A DNA stretch of 64,000 nt, taken from Eubacteriales bacterium (lineage in GTDB: Bacteria; Bacillota; Clostridia; Oscillospirales; CAG-382). The first letter of the stretch is position 1. Each line of letters begins with the position of its first letter. This document shows, piece after piece, positions 50,540 through 60,271 of this stretch. The notes under the pieces are model-generated. The model searched no databases. It saw only the letters and a list, made by a program, of their open reading frames with translations, and was not told the DNA's origin. Where the stretch lies: positions 261,143 through 325,142 of the forward strand of contig JBMNMA010000009.1 in NCBI GenBank assembly GCA_050953105.1, given 5' to 3'. Position numbers and translations under genes: made by a program.

Positions 50540-51541
50540 ATGGCAAAATTTGAAGGATACGAAAGACGCGAAGCGAAAATTCTTGAAGTCATAAAGCAGT
50601 ACGGTATTTCCTCTATTGACGAATGCAAGGAAATCACCCTTGAAAAAGGAATTGACGTTGATAACATCGTCCGTTCCACCCAGCCTATCTGCTTTGAAAA
50701 CGCCATTTGGGCATACACCGTCGGTGCTGCAATAGCCATTAAAAAAGGCTGCACCAAGGCCGCAGACGCCGCCGCAGCCATAGGCATAGGCCTTCAGGCT
50801 TTCTGCATTAACGGCTCTGTTGCCGAAAACCGCAAGGTGGGCCTCGGCCACGGCAATCTCGGCAAGATGCTCCTTTCCGAAGAAACCGAATGCTTCTGCT
50901 TCCTTGCCGGACACGAATCCTTTGCTGCCGCTGAAGGCGCTATAAAGATAGCCCTCAACGCCAACAAGGTAAGAAAAAATCCCTTAAGAGTTATACTCAA
51001 CGGTCTTGGCAAAGACGCCGCTTACATAATTTCCCGTATAAACGGCTTTACCTACGTTAAAACCGAATTTGACAACAACACCGAAACCATTAAGGTGGTA
51101 TCCGAAACCCCCTTCTCCAACGGTCCCCGTGCTGCCGTAAAGTGCTATGGCGCCGACAATGTTCCCGAAGGCGTGGAAATCATGAAGCTTGAAAACGTAA
51201 GCGTTTCCATAACCGGTAACTCCACCAACCCCACCCGTTTCCAGCATCCCGTTGCAGGCACCTACAAGAAATGGTGTATTGAAAACGGCAGGAACTATTT
51301 CTCCGTTGCCTCCGGCGGCGGCACCGGCCGTACACTCCACCCCGACAACATGGCAGCCGGCCCCTCCTCCTACGGCATGACCGACACCATGGGCAGAATG
51401 CACTCCGACGCCCAGTTTGCCGGCTCCTCCTCCGTTCCCGCACACGTTGAAATGATGGGCCTTATAGGCATGGGTAACAACCCCATGGTTGGCGCCACCG
51501 TCGCCTGCGCCGTTGCGATTGAGGAAGCATTTAATAAATAA
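50540..51541 (+). CDS. GGGtGRT protein
   Basis: Eponymous SGGGTGRTLHPD motif; FLAGHESFAAAEGA; QFAGSSSVPAHVEMMG. Confidence 0.92.
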   Translation: MAKFEGYERREAKILEVIKQYGISSIDECKEITLEKGIDVDNIVRSTQPICFENAIWAYTVGAAIAIKKGCTKAADAAAAIGIGLQAFCINGSVAENRKVGLGHGNLGKMLLSEETECFCFLAGHESFAAAEGAIKIALNANKVRKNPLRVILNGLGKDAAYIISRINGFTYVKTEFDNNTETIKVVSETPFSNGPRAAVKCYGADNVPEGVEIMKLENVSVSITGNSTNPTRFQHPVAGTYKKWCIENGRNYFSVASGGGTGRTLHPDNMAAGPSSYGMTDTMGRMHSDAQFAGSSSVPAHVEMMGLIGMGNNPMVGATVACAVAIEEAFNK

Positions 51542-51573
51542 CTTTTCCGTTTCAAGTTTAAGCAATTAAAAGT

Positions 51574-51620
51574 CAGACACATCATCTTGGGTGTTTCCCC
51601 TTATGATGTGTCTGTTTTTT
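51574..51620 (+). terminator. Intrinsic terminator
   Basis: CAGACACATCAT/ATGATGTGTCTG 12-bp stem followed by a T tract. Confidence 0.8.
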
Positions 51621-51763
51621 TATTTTTGTGAGGTATAATAAATATAAAAATCGAACGGCAGTTGTAAAAAAAGTAATTATATGTTAACAGTTATTTTGTT
51701 TGACATTTTTCGATATTTCGTCTATAATGTATACTTTGTAATAAACATAAAGGAAGTTTTTTA

Positions 51764-53593
51764 ATGTCAGTCATTAAGCGTGAAAATTTAAGAAACGTGG
51801 CCATTATTGCCCACGTTGACCACGGTAAAACCACCCTTGTAGACCAGCTGCTTAGACAAAGCGGAACCTTCCGCACCAACGAAACGGTAAACGAGCGTGT
51901 TATGGATTCCAACGATTTGGAACGGGAGCGTGGAATTACCATCCTTGCCAAAAACACAAGCATTTTATACGGTAATATTAAAATAAATATTGTCGATACC
52001 CCGGGACATGCCGATTTCGGCGGCGAAGTTGAACGTATTTTACAAATGGTAGACGGTGTTTTGCTTCTGGTTGACGCCTTTGAAGGCTGCATGCCCCAAA
52101 CCCGTTTTGTGTTAAAAAAGGCCCTTGCATTAGGCAAAAAGGCTGTTGTGGTTATAAATAAAATCGACCGCCCCATGGCCCGTCCTCTCGAAGTGGTGGA
52201 CGAAGTGCTTGATTTGTTTATAGAGCTTGGGGCAAACGAAGATCAAATCGAATTCCCCGTGGTTTATGCATCGGGCAGGGACGGCTATGCCACCCTTTCC
52301 CCCGACGTGGAAGGCAAGGATATGCAGCCGCTGTTTGATGCGATTGTTAGAGAAATCGAACCGCCCATGGGTGATCCTGATGCTCCGCTGCAAATTCTGT
52401 TTTCAAACATCGAATATGACGATTATCTCGGCCGTATAGGGGTAGGCCGTGTGGAACGGGGGAGCGTTAAGGTCGGCCAATCCGTTGCTCTCTGCCACAA
52501 AGACGGAACGACATCCAATGTCAAAATCGTTAAACTGTTCATGTATAGCGGATTAAAGCGGGTTGAAGTGGAACAGGCTTCTATCGGCGACATTATTCAG
52601 GTTGCCGGTATTACCGAGCTTGAAATCGGAGAAACCGCGTGTGCCACCGATTGCATAGAGCCTCTTCCGTTCGTTAAAATCGATGAACCCACACTTGCCA
52701 TGAACTTTATGGTTAATAATTCCCCCTTTGCAGGCCGTGACGGTAAGTATGTTACATCAAGAAACCTACGTGACCGTCTGTTTAGAGAGGTTATGACCAA
52801 CGTAAGCCTGCGTGTTGAAGAAACCGACAGTGCCGATACCTTTAAAGTGTCGGGCCGTGGCGAACTGCATTTGTCCATATTGATTGAAACCATGCGCCGT
52901 CAGGGCTATGAATTTCAGGTATCGCCCCCCACGGTTATTTATAAGCAGGATGAAGACGGCACACTGCTTGAGCCTATCGAATTGCTGATGGTTGAAGTGC
53001 CCAACGAATATGTGGGCAGTGTAATGGAATGCCTCGGCGCCCGCAGAGCGGAATTAAAGAACATGAGCGCCCATGACGGCGGAACTACACATCTTGAATT
53101 TTTGATACCTGCTCGCGGATTGCTTGGCTACCGTTCACAATTTTTGACCGATACCAACGGAAACGGTATAATGAATCACATTTTCGACAGCTACCAGCCC
53201 TATAAGGGAGATATCGAGCAACGGAACACCGGCTCTATCGTTGCCTACGAGAGCGGCGAAACTACCAGCTACGGACTTTATAACACCCAAAGCCGGGGCA
53301 GGCTGTTTATAGGCCCGGGAATCCCGGTCTATGAAGGCATGATTGTTGGCGAAAACCCCAAGAATGAAGATATCGTCTGCAATGTCTGCAAGAAAAAGCA
53401 TATGACCAATACCCGTTCTGCGGGTGCGGATGAGGCTTTACGCCTTATTCCTCCTGTAATATTCAGCCTGGAGCAGGCTCTGGAATTTATCAAGCCGGAT
53501 GAACTTGTTGAAATCACACCTCATAATATCCGCCTTCGCAAGCGTATACTCGATAAGGAGCTTCGCTATAAGTATGATGCCAAGAATCGATAA
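51764..53593 (+). CDS. typA: Translational GTPase TypA/BipA
   Basis: [46 protein letters not shown]. Confidence 0.96.
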   Translation: MSVIKRENLRNVAIIAHVDHGKTTLVDQLLRQSGTFRTNETVNERVMDSNDLERERGITILAKNTSILYGNIKINIVDTPGHADFGGEVERILQMVDGVLLLVDAFEGCMPQTRFVLKKALALGKKAVVVINKIDRPMARPLEVVDEVLDLFIELGANEDQIEFPVVYASGRDGYATLSPDVEGKDMQPLFDAIVREIEPPMGDPDAPLQILFSNIEYDDYLGRIGVGRVERGSVKVGQSVALCHKDGTTSNVKIVKLFMYSGLKRVEVEQASIGDIIQVAGITELEIGETACATDCIEPLPFVKIDEPTLAMNFMVNNSPFAGRDGKYVTSRNLRDRLFREVMTNVSLRVEETDSADTFKVSGRGELHLSILIETMRRQGYEFQVSPPTVIYKQDEDGTLLEPIELLMVEVPNEYVGSVMECLGARRAELKNMSAHDGGTTHLEFLIPARGLLGYRSQFLTDTNGNGIMNHIFDSYQPYKGDIEQRNTGSIVAYESGETTSYGLYNTQSRGRLFIGPGIPVYEGMIVGENPKNEDIVCNVCKKKHMTNTRSAGADEALRLIPPVIFSLEQALEFIKPDELVEITPHNIRLRKRILDKELRYKYDAKNR

Positions 53594-53634
53594 AAAAGGA
53601 AACCTTTTGATAATAATCGTCTGAATTAAATTAT

Positions 53635-53664
53635 AAAAGCTCCGTTGTAGAAACGGAGCTTTTT
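53635..53664 (+). terminator. Intrinsic terminator after typA
   Basis: AAAAGCTCCGTT-GTAGA-AACGGAGCTTTT. Confidence 0.85.
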
Positions 53665-53790
53665 GGTATATTGATGGCAATTTTGTCGTATATAATTTCA
53701 CTATGTCTTATGGTGACGAAAAATAGCGAATATTATTAAAAAAATCTTGAAAATACTTTATAAAAATTAAGTTTTTTTCATTATTAACTA

Positions 53791-53819
53791 TTGACAAAAA
53801 AACACTGTCATGCTATAAT
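53791..53819 (+). promoter_or_regulatory. SigA promoter of the riboswitch operon
   Basis: TTGACA-17 nt-TATAAT with extended TG. Confidence 0.88.
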
Positions 53820-53842
53820 CAACGCGAATCATTGGATTCCCA

Positions 53843-53924
53843 CGTAATGGCAAACTTCACGAAAGTGTAGGGCGCAAAACTAAAGGGCCTACGGACAAAA
53901 AATGTCTATGGCAGCCAGTTGCCG
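53843..53924 (+). ncRNA. c-di-GMP-I (GEMM) riboswitch
   Basis: GGCAAAC-TTCAC-GAAA-GTGTAG-GGCGCAAAAC-TAAAGGGCCT...ATGGCAGCCAGTTGCC. G at 53849 (Vc2 G20 equivalent) favours c-di-GMP over 3',3'-cGAMP. Confidence 0.9.
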
Positions 53925-54164
53925 TTTTAATATGCAGAAAATAACGACAGGCATATTTTGCATTGTCGTAGCATGACATTTTTTAAATGAGTGCATTTCT
54001 CTGCTCTTAAAAATGCAACCGGGCGCTGGGACATATGGCGCTGGGTTTTTTAATTCCTTCCTTTCCGGTATGTCTTGCTTTTATCGGGAACAATGATTGT
54101 TCAAGGTATAATTAATGTTATTATTAACTGCCGTAAGGCGGTTGAAAGAAAGGAAGGTATAAAA

Positions 54165-54554
54165 ATGAAAATGAGAAGAAGACTGGCAATTGTTCTCGTA
54201 GTAGCTCTTGTTTGCTCGGCATTTGTATTTACGGTATCCGCTTCCGCCAAGGGAGGTCCCAAATCGGGTCCCACAAAGGCTGAACTAAAGGTTCTTGAAG
54301 TAATGGTCGATACCGCCAATGCAACAATAGCCGCGCTTGTCAAAGTGGCTCAGCTTACCCCCTACAACGATGTTCCCTGGTTACTTAAATCGGTTGACGC
54401 AATTGTCGCTGCAGTTGACGCTTACGCAGAATCCATCGGTGCCGATATAGGCTGCACATACGTGGGGTATTACATTGACGGTCAGTACGTGCTGATTGAC
54501 CCGATTTGGATAGTAAACCCAATAGTACCTCCTGATCCCGATGAGAAGGATTAA
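54165..54554 (+). CDS. Secreted protein of unknown function
   Basis: Sec signal peptide MKMRRRLAIVLVVALVCSAFVFTVSASA; AAGGAAGG RBS; first gene after the riboswitch. Confidence 0.8.
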   Translation: MKMRRRLAIVLVVALVCSAFVFTVSASAKGGPKSGPTKAELKVLEVMVDTANATIAALVKVAQLTPYNDVPWLLKSVDAIVAAVDAYAESIGADIGCTYVGYYIDGQYVLIDPIWIVNPIVPPDPDEKD

Positions 54555-54557
54555 TCG

Positions 54558-54902
54558 ATGCCGAAGGTGCTGAAAAAATTTAATCCTGGTACACGGAACA
54601 GAAAAATCTGCGACTGTCTCAGGAGAGTCGCAGATTTATCATTCGTGGACAAAATTTATATTTACGGCTCCTACGCCAAGGGCAACCCCACCGAAAACAG
54701 TGACCTTGATATTGCCGTTTTTTTTAACCTTGATGAGTCGAAAATGCTTGAATGCTATCGAAAGCTGGTTAACATTTGTCGAATACCGGAACTGGACATT
54801 CAGATACAGGCATTCCCTTCAAGCGAGCTTATAAGCCCCTGCGGAATTATTGAGGAGATAGTGAAATACGGCATTCTTTTTCCCTTTTTCCTGAAAGGAT
54901 AA
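54558..54902 (+). CDS. Minimal nucleotidyltransferase (MNT, Pol-beta superfamily)
   Basis: IYIYGSYAKG....NSDLDIAV motif; DIQIQAF...GIIEEIVKYG C-terminal pattern. Confidence 0.88.
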   Translation: MPKVLKKFNPGTRNRKICDCLRRVADLSFVDKIYIYGSYAKGNPTENSDLDIAVFFNLDESKMLECYRKLVNICRIPELDIQIQAFPSSELISPCGIIEEIVKYGILFPFFLKG

Positions 54903-54907
54903 CTTAA

Positions 54908-55863
54908 ATGGAAGGCGTATTCATCAATAAACGGAATACGGATAGCAATACACCTGAAGTAAATTCGTGCAGGTGTAAAGCTTCTTGCAAAATTTGGCGA
55001 CATGGAAATAATGGAACAATCATTTATCGAAGGTGCTACAGTTTGGCTTTCCCCTGCAGAAGATCCGAACGCATGTGAATTTTACTTTATTCATTCCGGC
55101 GAAGTTGAATTGAACTTGATCGATGAAACTGTTCCTTAAGCCGGTGACTCCTTTACGTTAAAGGGCTTAAACGTGACATTAATCGTAAATCAAACTTAAC
55201 ACAAAGATAGTTTATTTTTCAACAAACCTATTTATGAAGAAAAAAAGGATTTTGAAATCTATCTAAAAGCATTGATTACACAAATCGACTCAAAAGACCA
55301 TTATACCGCCCGTCATAGTATGAATGTAATGAATTATGCTGTAAAAATTTACGAAACAATGTTTGAGTCGTATAAAGACATGGATAACGAAGCGAAATTA
55401 AAAGATGCTTAAAGATATTGTCGTAGCTTCCCTTTTCCATGATGTCGGAAAATGCAATACCCCCGACGAAATATTAAAAAAGAAGGGCAAACTTGAGTCG
55501 GAAGAAATGAAAGTCATTAGGCACCATCCCGTTGATACGGGCAGGCTGCTTAGAAAATATTATAACAACAGGATAGCCGAGATAGCCGAAAATCACCATG
55601 AACGGATTGACGGTTCGGGTTATCCCTTTGGCCTTTCTGGCCACGAATTATCTACCGAAGCCAAAATACTTGCGGTTGTGGACGCCTTTGACGCCATGAC
55701 CACCGACCGGGGATACAACAACGTCAAGTCCTTTGCCGATGCTGCCGAGGAACTGTATAACCTTCCCCACCTCTTTGACCACGAGGTGGCGTCGGTGCTG
55801 AAAAGGCTTGTAGACGAAGGAAAAATAGCACAGGCAAGGAAGAAGAACGATGGACAGCAATGA
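54908..55863 (+). pseudogene. Cupin + HD-GYP phosphodiesterase gene with multiple frameshifts in the 5' half
   Basis: Fragments across frames: MEGVFINK.., AGVKLLAKFGD..EFYFIHSGEVEL (cupin), GDSF, TKIVYFST, DSKDHYTARHS, then intact FHDVGK, HHERIDGSGYP, DAFDAMTTDRGY from 55405. Confidence 0.8.
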
Positions 55864-56311
55864 AAAATACGCCTATTGGCTTATGCTTTCGGATTATGAT
55901 ATGGACACTATTGACTGCTTAATAAAGGGCGAGCGGTGGGTTTATGTGGCCTACCTATGCCAGCAGGCAATAGAACGGCAGCTTAAGGGCATGTATGTTT
56001 ACTATACCAACAACGAAGCTCCCAAAACCCACAATGTAAATTTCCTGTTTTCGAAAATCCAAAGCAACGAAAAATTCCAGTCCCACCCGGATATTGTCAG
56101 GTTTAACGAGGGAAAGACCGAATGTGAGGATTTTTTGGTGGACGTTATGTTTTACTACATGTCCGACTATCCCTTTTCCTACAAAAACATAACAAACCGG
56201 TTTATAAACAAGGAAAACGCCCTTGGACTGTATGAAAAAACCAAAACCATGTTATCCTGGCTCCGCTCTTTTCAGCCCCATGTGGATATACCGAAACCCT
56301 ATAAAGATTAA
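55850..56311 (+). CDS. HEPN domain protein (PF05168-type)
   Basis: YWL..SDYDMDT, YVAYLCQQAIERQLKG, APKTHNV; overlaps the HD-GYP stop. Confidence 0.85.
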   Translation: MDSNEKYAYWLMLSDYDMDTIDCLIKGERWVYVAYLCQQAIERQLKGMYVYYTNNEAPKTHNVNFLFSKIQSNEKFQSHPDIVRFNEGKTECEDFLVDVMFYYMSDYPFSYKNITNRFINKENALGLYEKTKTMLSWLRSFQPHVDIPKPYKD

Positions 56312-56335
56312 CCCCTGAAACGGGGTTTTTATTTT
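56310..56335 (+). terminator. Terminator closing the riboswitch operon
   Basis: AACCCC-TGAAAC-GGGGTT-TTTATTTT. Confidence 0.75.
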
Positions 56336-56433
56336 GTCTGCCCATATAACAGCAAAACCCCGCATTTGAGGGTGCGTCTTAGGGATTTTCAATCCCGGAA
56401 AAATATCGGCATAGTTTGGTATGTATTTACCGG

Positions 56434-58167
<1,734 letters not shown>

Positions 58168-58180
58168 TCAAGTTATTTGT

Positions 58181-58342
58181 TTAAAAAGCCTTATTTAATT
58201 CAAGATTTGCTGTGCCGTTAAGTATCATGCGTTTCAGCTTGTCGTAAGCAGTCTCTTTGGCAGTGCTGCTGACCGCCGATTCTATAATGTAGAGCGTATC
58301 ACCGATTACTTTTTCGGTAACGCTGATAGTCTTTTCAGACAT
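58181..58342 (-). CDS. tnpW: Transposon-encoded TnpW family protein
   Basis: KVIGDTLYIIESAVSSTAKETAYDKLKRMI; directly upstream of the recombinase; GGAG RBS. Confidence 0.8.
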   Translation of the reverse strand: MSEKTISVTEKVIGDTLYIIESAVSSTAKETAYDKLKRMILNGTANLELNKAF

Positions 58343-58367
58343 AAAGACACTCCTCCTTCCTGACTCT

Positions 58368-58462
58368 GGGGGTAGGGGGTAATAAATCCTTACACCCTTT
58401 CGATTGTGCAACGGGCGTGGGGTTTCGCGCGAAAAAACGCGGATTCAAACGGGGTATTAAAG
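58368..58462 (+). other. Candidate cos/packaging-site-like sequence
   Basis: GGGGGTAGGGGGT..AAATCC..AACGGGCGTGGGG..CGCGCGAAAAAACGCGGATTCAAACGGGG resembles non-coding regions next to terS in Firmicutes cos phages (pattern recall only). Confidence 0.35.
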
Positions 58463-58583
58463 GAACAACCGGGATAAAATTCATATAATTGAAATAAACT
58501 TGGTGTGTATTTCATCTTGAAAAGTGCTTTTTTAGGTGAAAAGGCACAGCAGGATTTTCCACTGTGCCTTTCCACCATATGTC

Positions 58584-59531
58584 TTAACCGTTGGTTCCAG
58601 TATTCTTCTGAATTACCTTCACTGCCTCTTGGCGGATAAGTTTTCCGTCAATAAACTCAAAGGCAAGGTAACCCATCTGGTCGAGCAGGGCAAACTTCTC
58701 TGAGAGTGCCCTCACGCTGACAGGGCTTCTGCAGATGATCCAGTAGTAGCTAAAATCACCGAAGGCTATAGGCTTTGAATCAGACTCCATATCCGGCATA
58801 AACTCTGATATAAATACCTTTTTACCGAGGATGGTATCATCGCTGTCGCGCCAGAGGTAGTTTCCGGCTTCGTCTTTCAACGTACGCAAGGCAAGGGCTG
58901 TCTTATCGTTCATGAGCCATACAGCATTTTTGCGGTATTCCGGCTTCACAGAGAAGTACAGGCGGATTATATGATCATAGGTGATTTCATCGACGGAATA
59001 TGCAACCTCAGCGCCGTTTGCATCGTTTAAGATACCTGTCGGCATTTGCACACCGGTACCGTTAATAAAGGCGTTGTCCTCAGCTTTGGCAAAGTTCCTG
59101 GCAAGGCGCTTTACAAGGTAGCTTTCAATGTCGAATGCGGCATCGCGGACAAAGTCTGAATTCATTTTTACAAGAGCAGCGAGCTTATGGCTTTCAACGG
59201 TGTATTGAGTGAAATCGTTTAGTCCGTCAAAAACTGGGATAGCGCCGCCTTCCGGCACAAATTGCACAAGGTCATCGTATTCCTTTGCAAGGATGTGATA
59301 ACTGCCTTCATATACGTTAAAGGTTGTGCCGATTTTACGGAACAGGCTCTCGTTTATGATGGCTGCTTCATATTTGTTATTTGTGGTATTTGGCATGACA
59401 TAAGTACCCGTCTCGCTGCTGCGGCCTTCGGAAAGTCCAGAATAATCGCTTTCCTGGCCGCGCATGGCGTTCCAGAAGTGCCTGCTGTATTCCGGCTGAC
59501 CGGTATATACTCTGACTTCAGTATAATTCAT
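58584..59531 (-). CDS. HK97-fold phage major capsid-like protein with a short N-terminus
   Basis: GTYVMP, FVPEGG.IP, HKLAALVKMNSDFVRD, AFINGTG..MPTGIL, WLMN, PIAFGDFSYY, RIDGK-like FIDGKLIRQEA; start ATG 59531 behind GGAGG. Confidence 0.9.
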   Translation of the reverse strand: MNYTEVRVYTGQPEYSRHFWNAMRGQESDYSGLSEGRSSETGTYVMPNTTNNKYEAAIINESLFRKIGTTFNVYEGSYHILAKEYDDLVQFVPEGGAIPVFDGLNDFTQYTVESHKLAALVKMNSDFVRDAAFDIESYLVKRLARNFAKAEDNAFINGTGVQMPTGILNDANGAEVAYSVDEITYDHIIRLYFSVKPEYRKNAVWLMNDKTALALRTLKDEAGNYLWRDSDDTILGKKVFISEFMPDMESDSKPIAFGDFSYYWIICRSPVSVRALSEKFALLDQMGYLAFEFIDGKLIRQEAVKVIQKNTGTNG

Positions 59532-59544
59532 GGCGTTCCCCTCC

Positions 59545-59850
59545 TTAAATCTTATCGCAGAATGGACAGGCATAGAGACCGAGGTCATGGTAGCTGAGCG
59601 ATCTTCCTACCTGTTTCAAGTGGTGGTGGCATTTCGGACACAGAATGCTATATGCCATAGCCCCTTCAATGGTATGAGGATGCTTTGCATGGAGGCGGTA
59701 TCGCAATTTTAACTTTCCTTTATCATCTTCGATGACAACATCGGAAAGATGCAGGTCGCACATGGCATGGGCATACTCATCGGAATAATAAGTGTGCTGC
59801 GGCCGCAGCAGAGTGCCTTCCTTGTTCATTTTCATAAGCGGATAATTCAT
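59545..59850 (-). CDS. Small Zn-finger hypothetical protein
   Basis: CPKC...CPFC; GGAGG RBS before ATG 59850. Confidence 0.7.
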   Translation of the reverse strand: MNYPLMKMNKEGTLLRPQHTYYSDEYAHAMCDLHLSDVVIEDDKGKLKLRYRLHAKHPHTIEGAMAYSILCPKCHHHLKQVGRSLSYHDLGLYACPFCDKI

Positions 59851-59973
59851 GTTTTTTCCCTCCTCAAAATTAAGATGTTTGAATGTGGTTGATGATATTT
59901 CCTGTAGATCTAATTGCTGAGCGCTGATCATGACGTATCACTATAGCTGTTCCTCCCTCCAGTGATACTTCCG

Positions 59974-60269
59974 GTGACAGAAGTGACAGTTCAGTGACAG
60001 TAGTTTTGATGAACTGTCACGCTGAAAAGCGGCTTGCAGCAAGGCTTTTAAAGCTTCAGTGACGAAAGTGACAGAACTTTTCATTTCATACTCACAACAA
60101 CTCATAATCTTTTCCTTGTTCTCTGTACAATTCCAAACTTTATTCTTCCCGCTAAGAAGTTTGAAAGACTGTCACTTCTGTCACTTGTGGCTGGAAACCC
60201 TTGATATATGGGCGTTTTCGCGGTGACAGTTGCCTGTGAGAACTGTCACTCGACTGTCACTTCTGTCAC
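59974..60269. repeat. Iteron array, putative replication origin
   Basis: GTGACAG at 59974, 59983, 59994, 60068, 60223; CTGTCAC at 60014, 60169, 60178, 60243, 60254, 60263; variant GTGACGA at 60059. Confidence 0.88.
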
Positions 60270-60271
60270 TT

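Noticed and set aside
9681-53701. Many long antisense or alternative-frame ORFs in the ORF track (e.g. 9681..10517, 20699..21310, 27728..28600, 50279..50914)
   Set aside because: Shadows of well-supported genes on the opposite strand, with no RBS or motifs
54075-54164. Longer N-terminal extension of the secreted protein from TTG 54075
   Set aside because: A strong RBS and a clean signal peptide start at ATG 54165; the extension overlaps leader hairpins
59974-60269. Repeat array considered as CRISPR
   Set aside because: Repeats are 7 bp, in both orientations and irregularly spaced, with no cas genes; fits an origin
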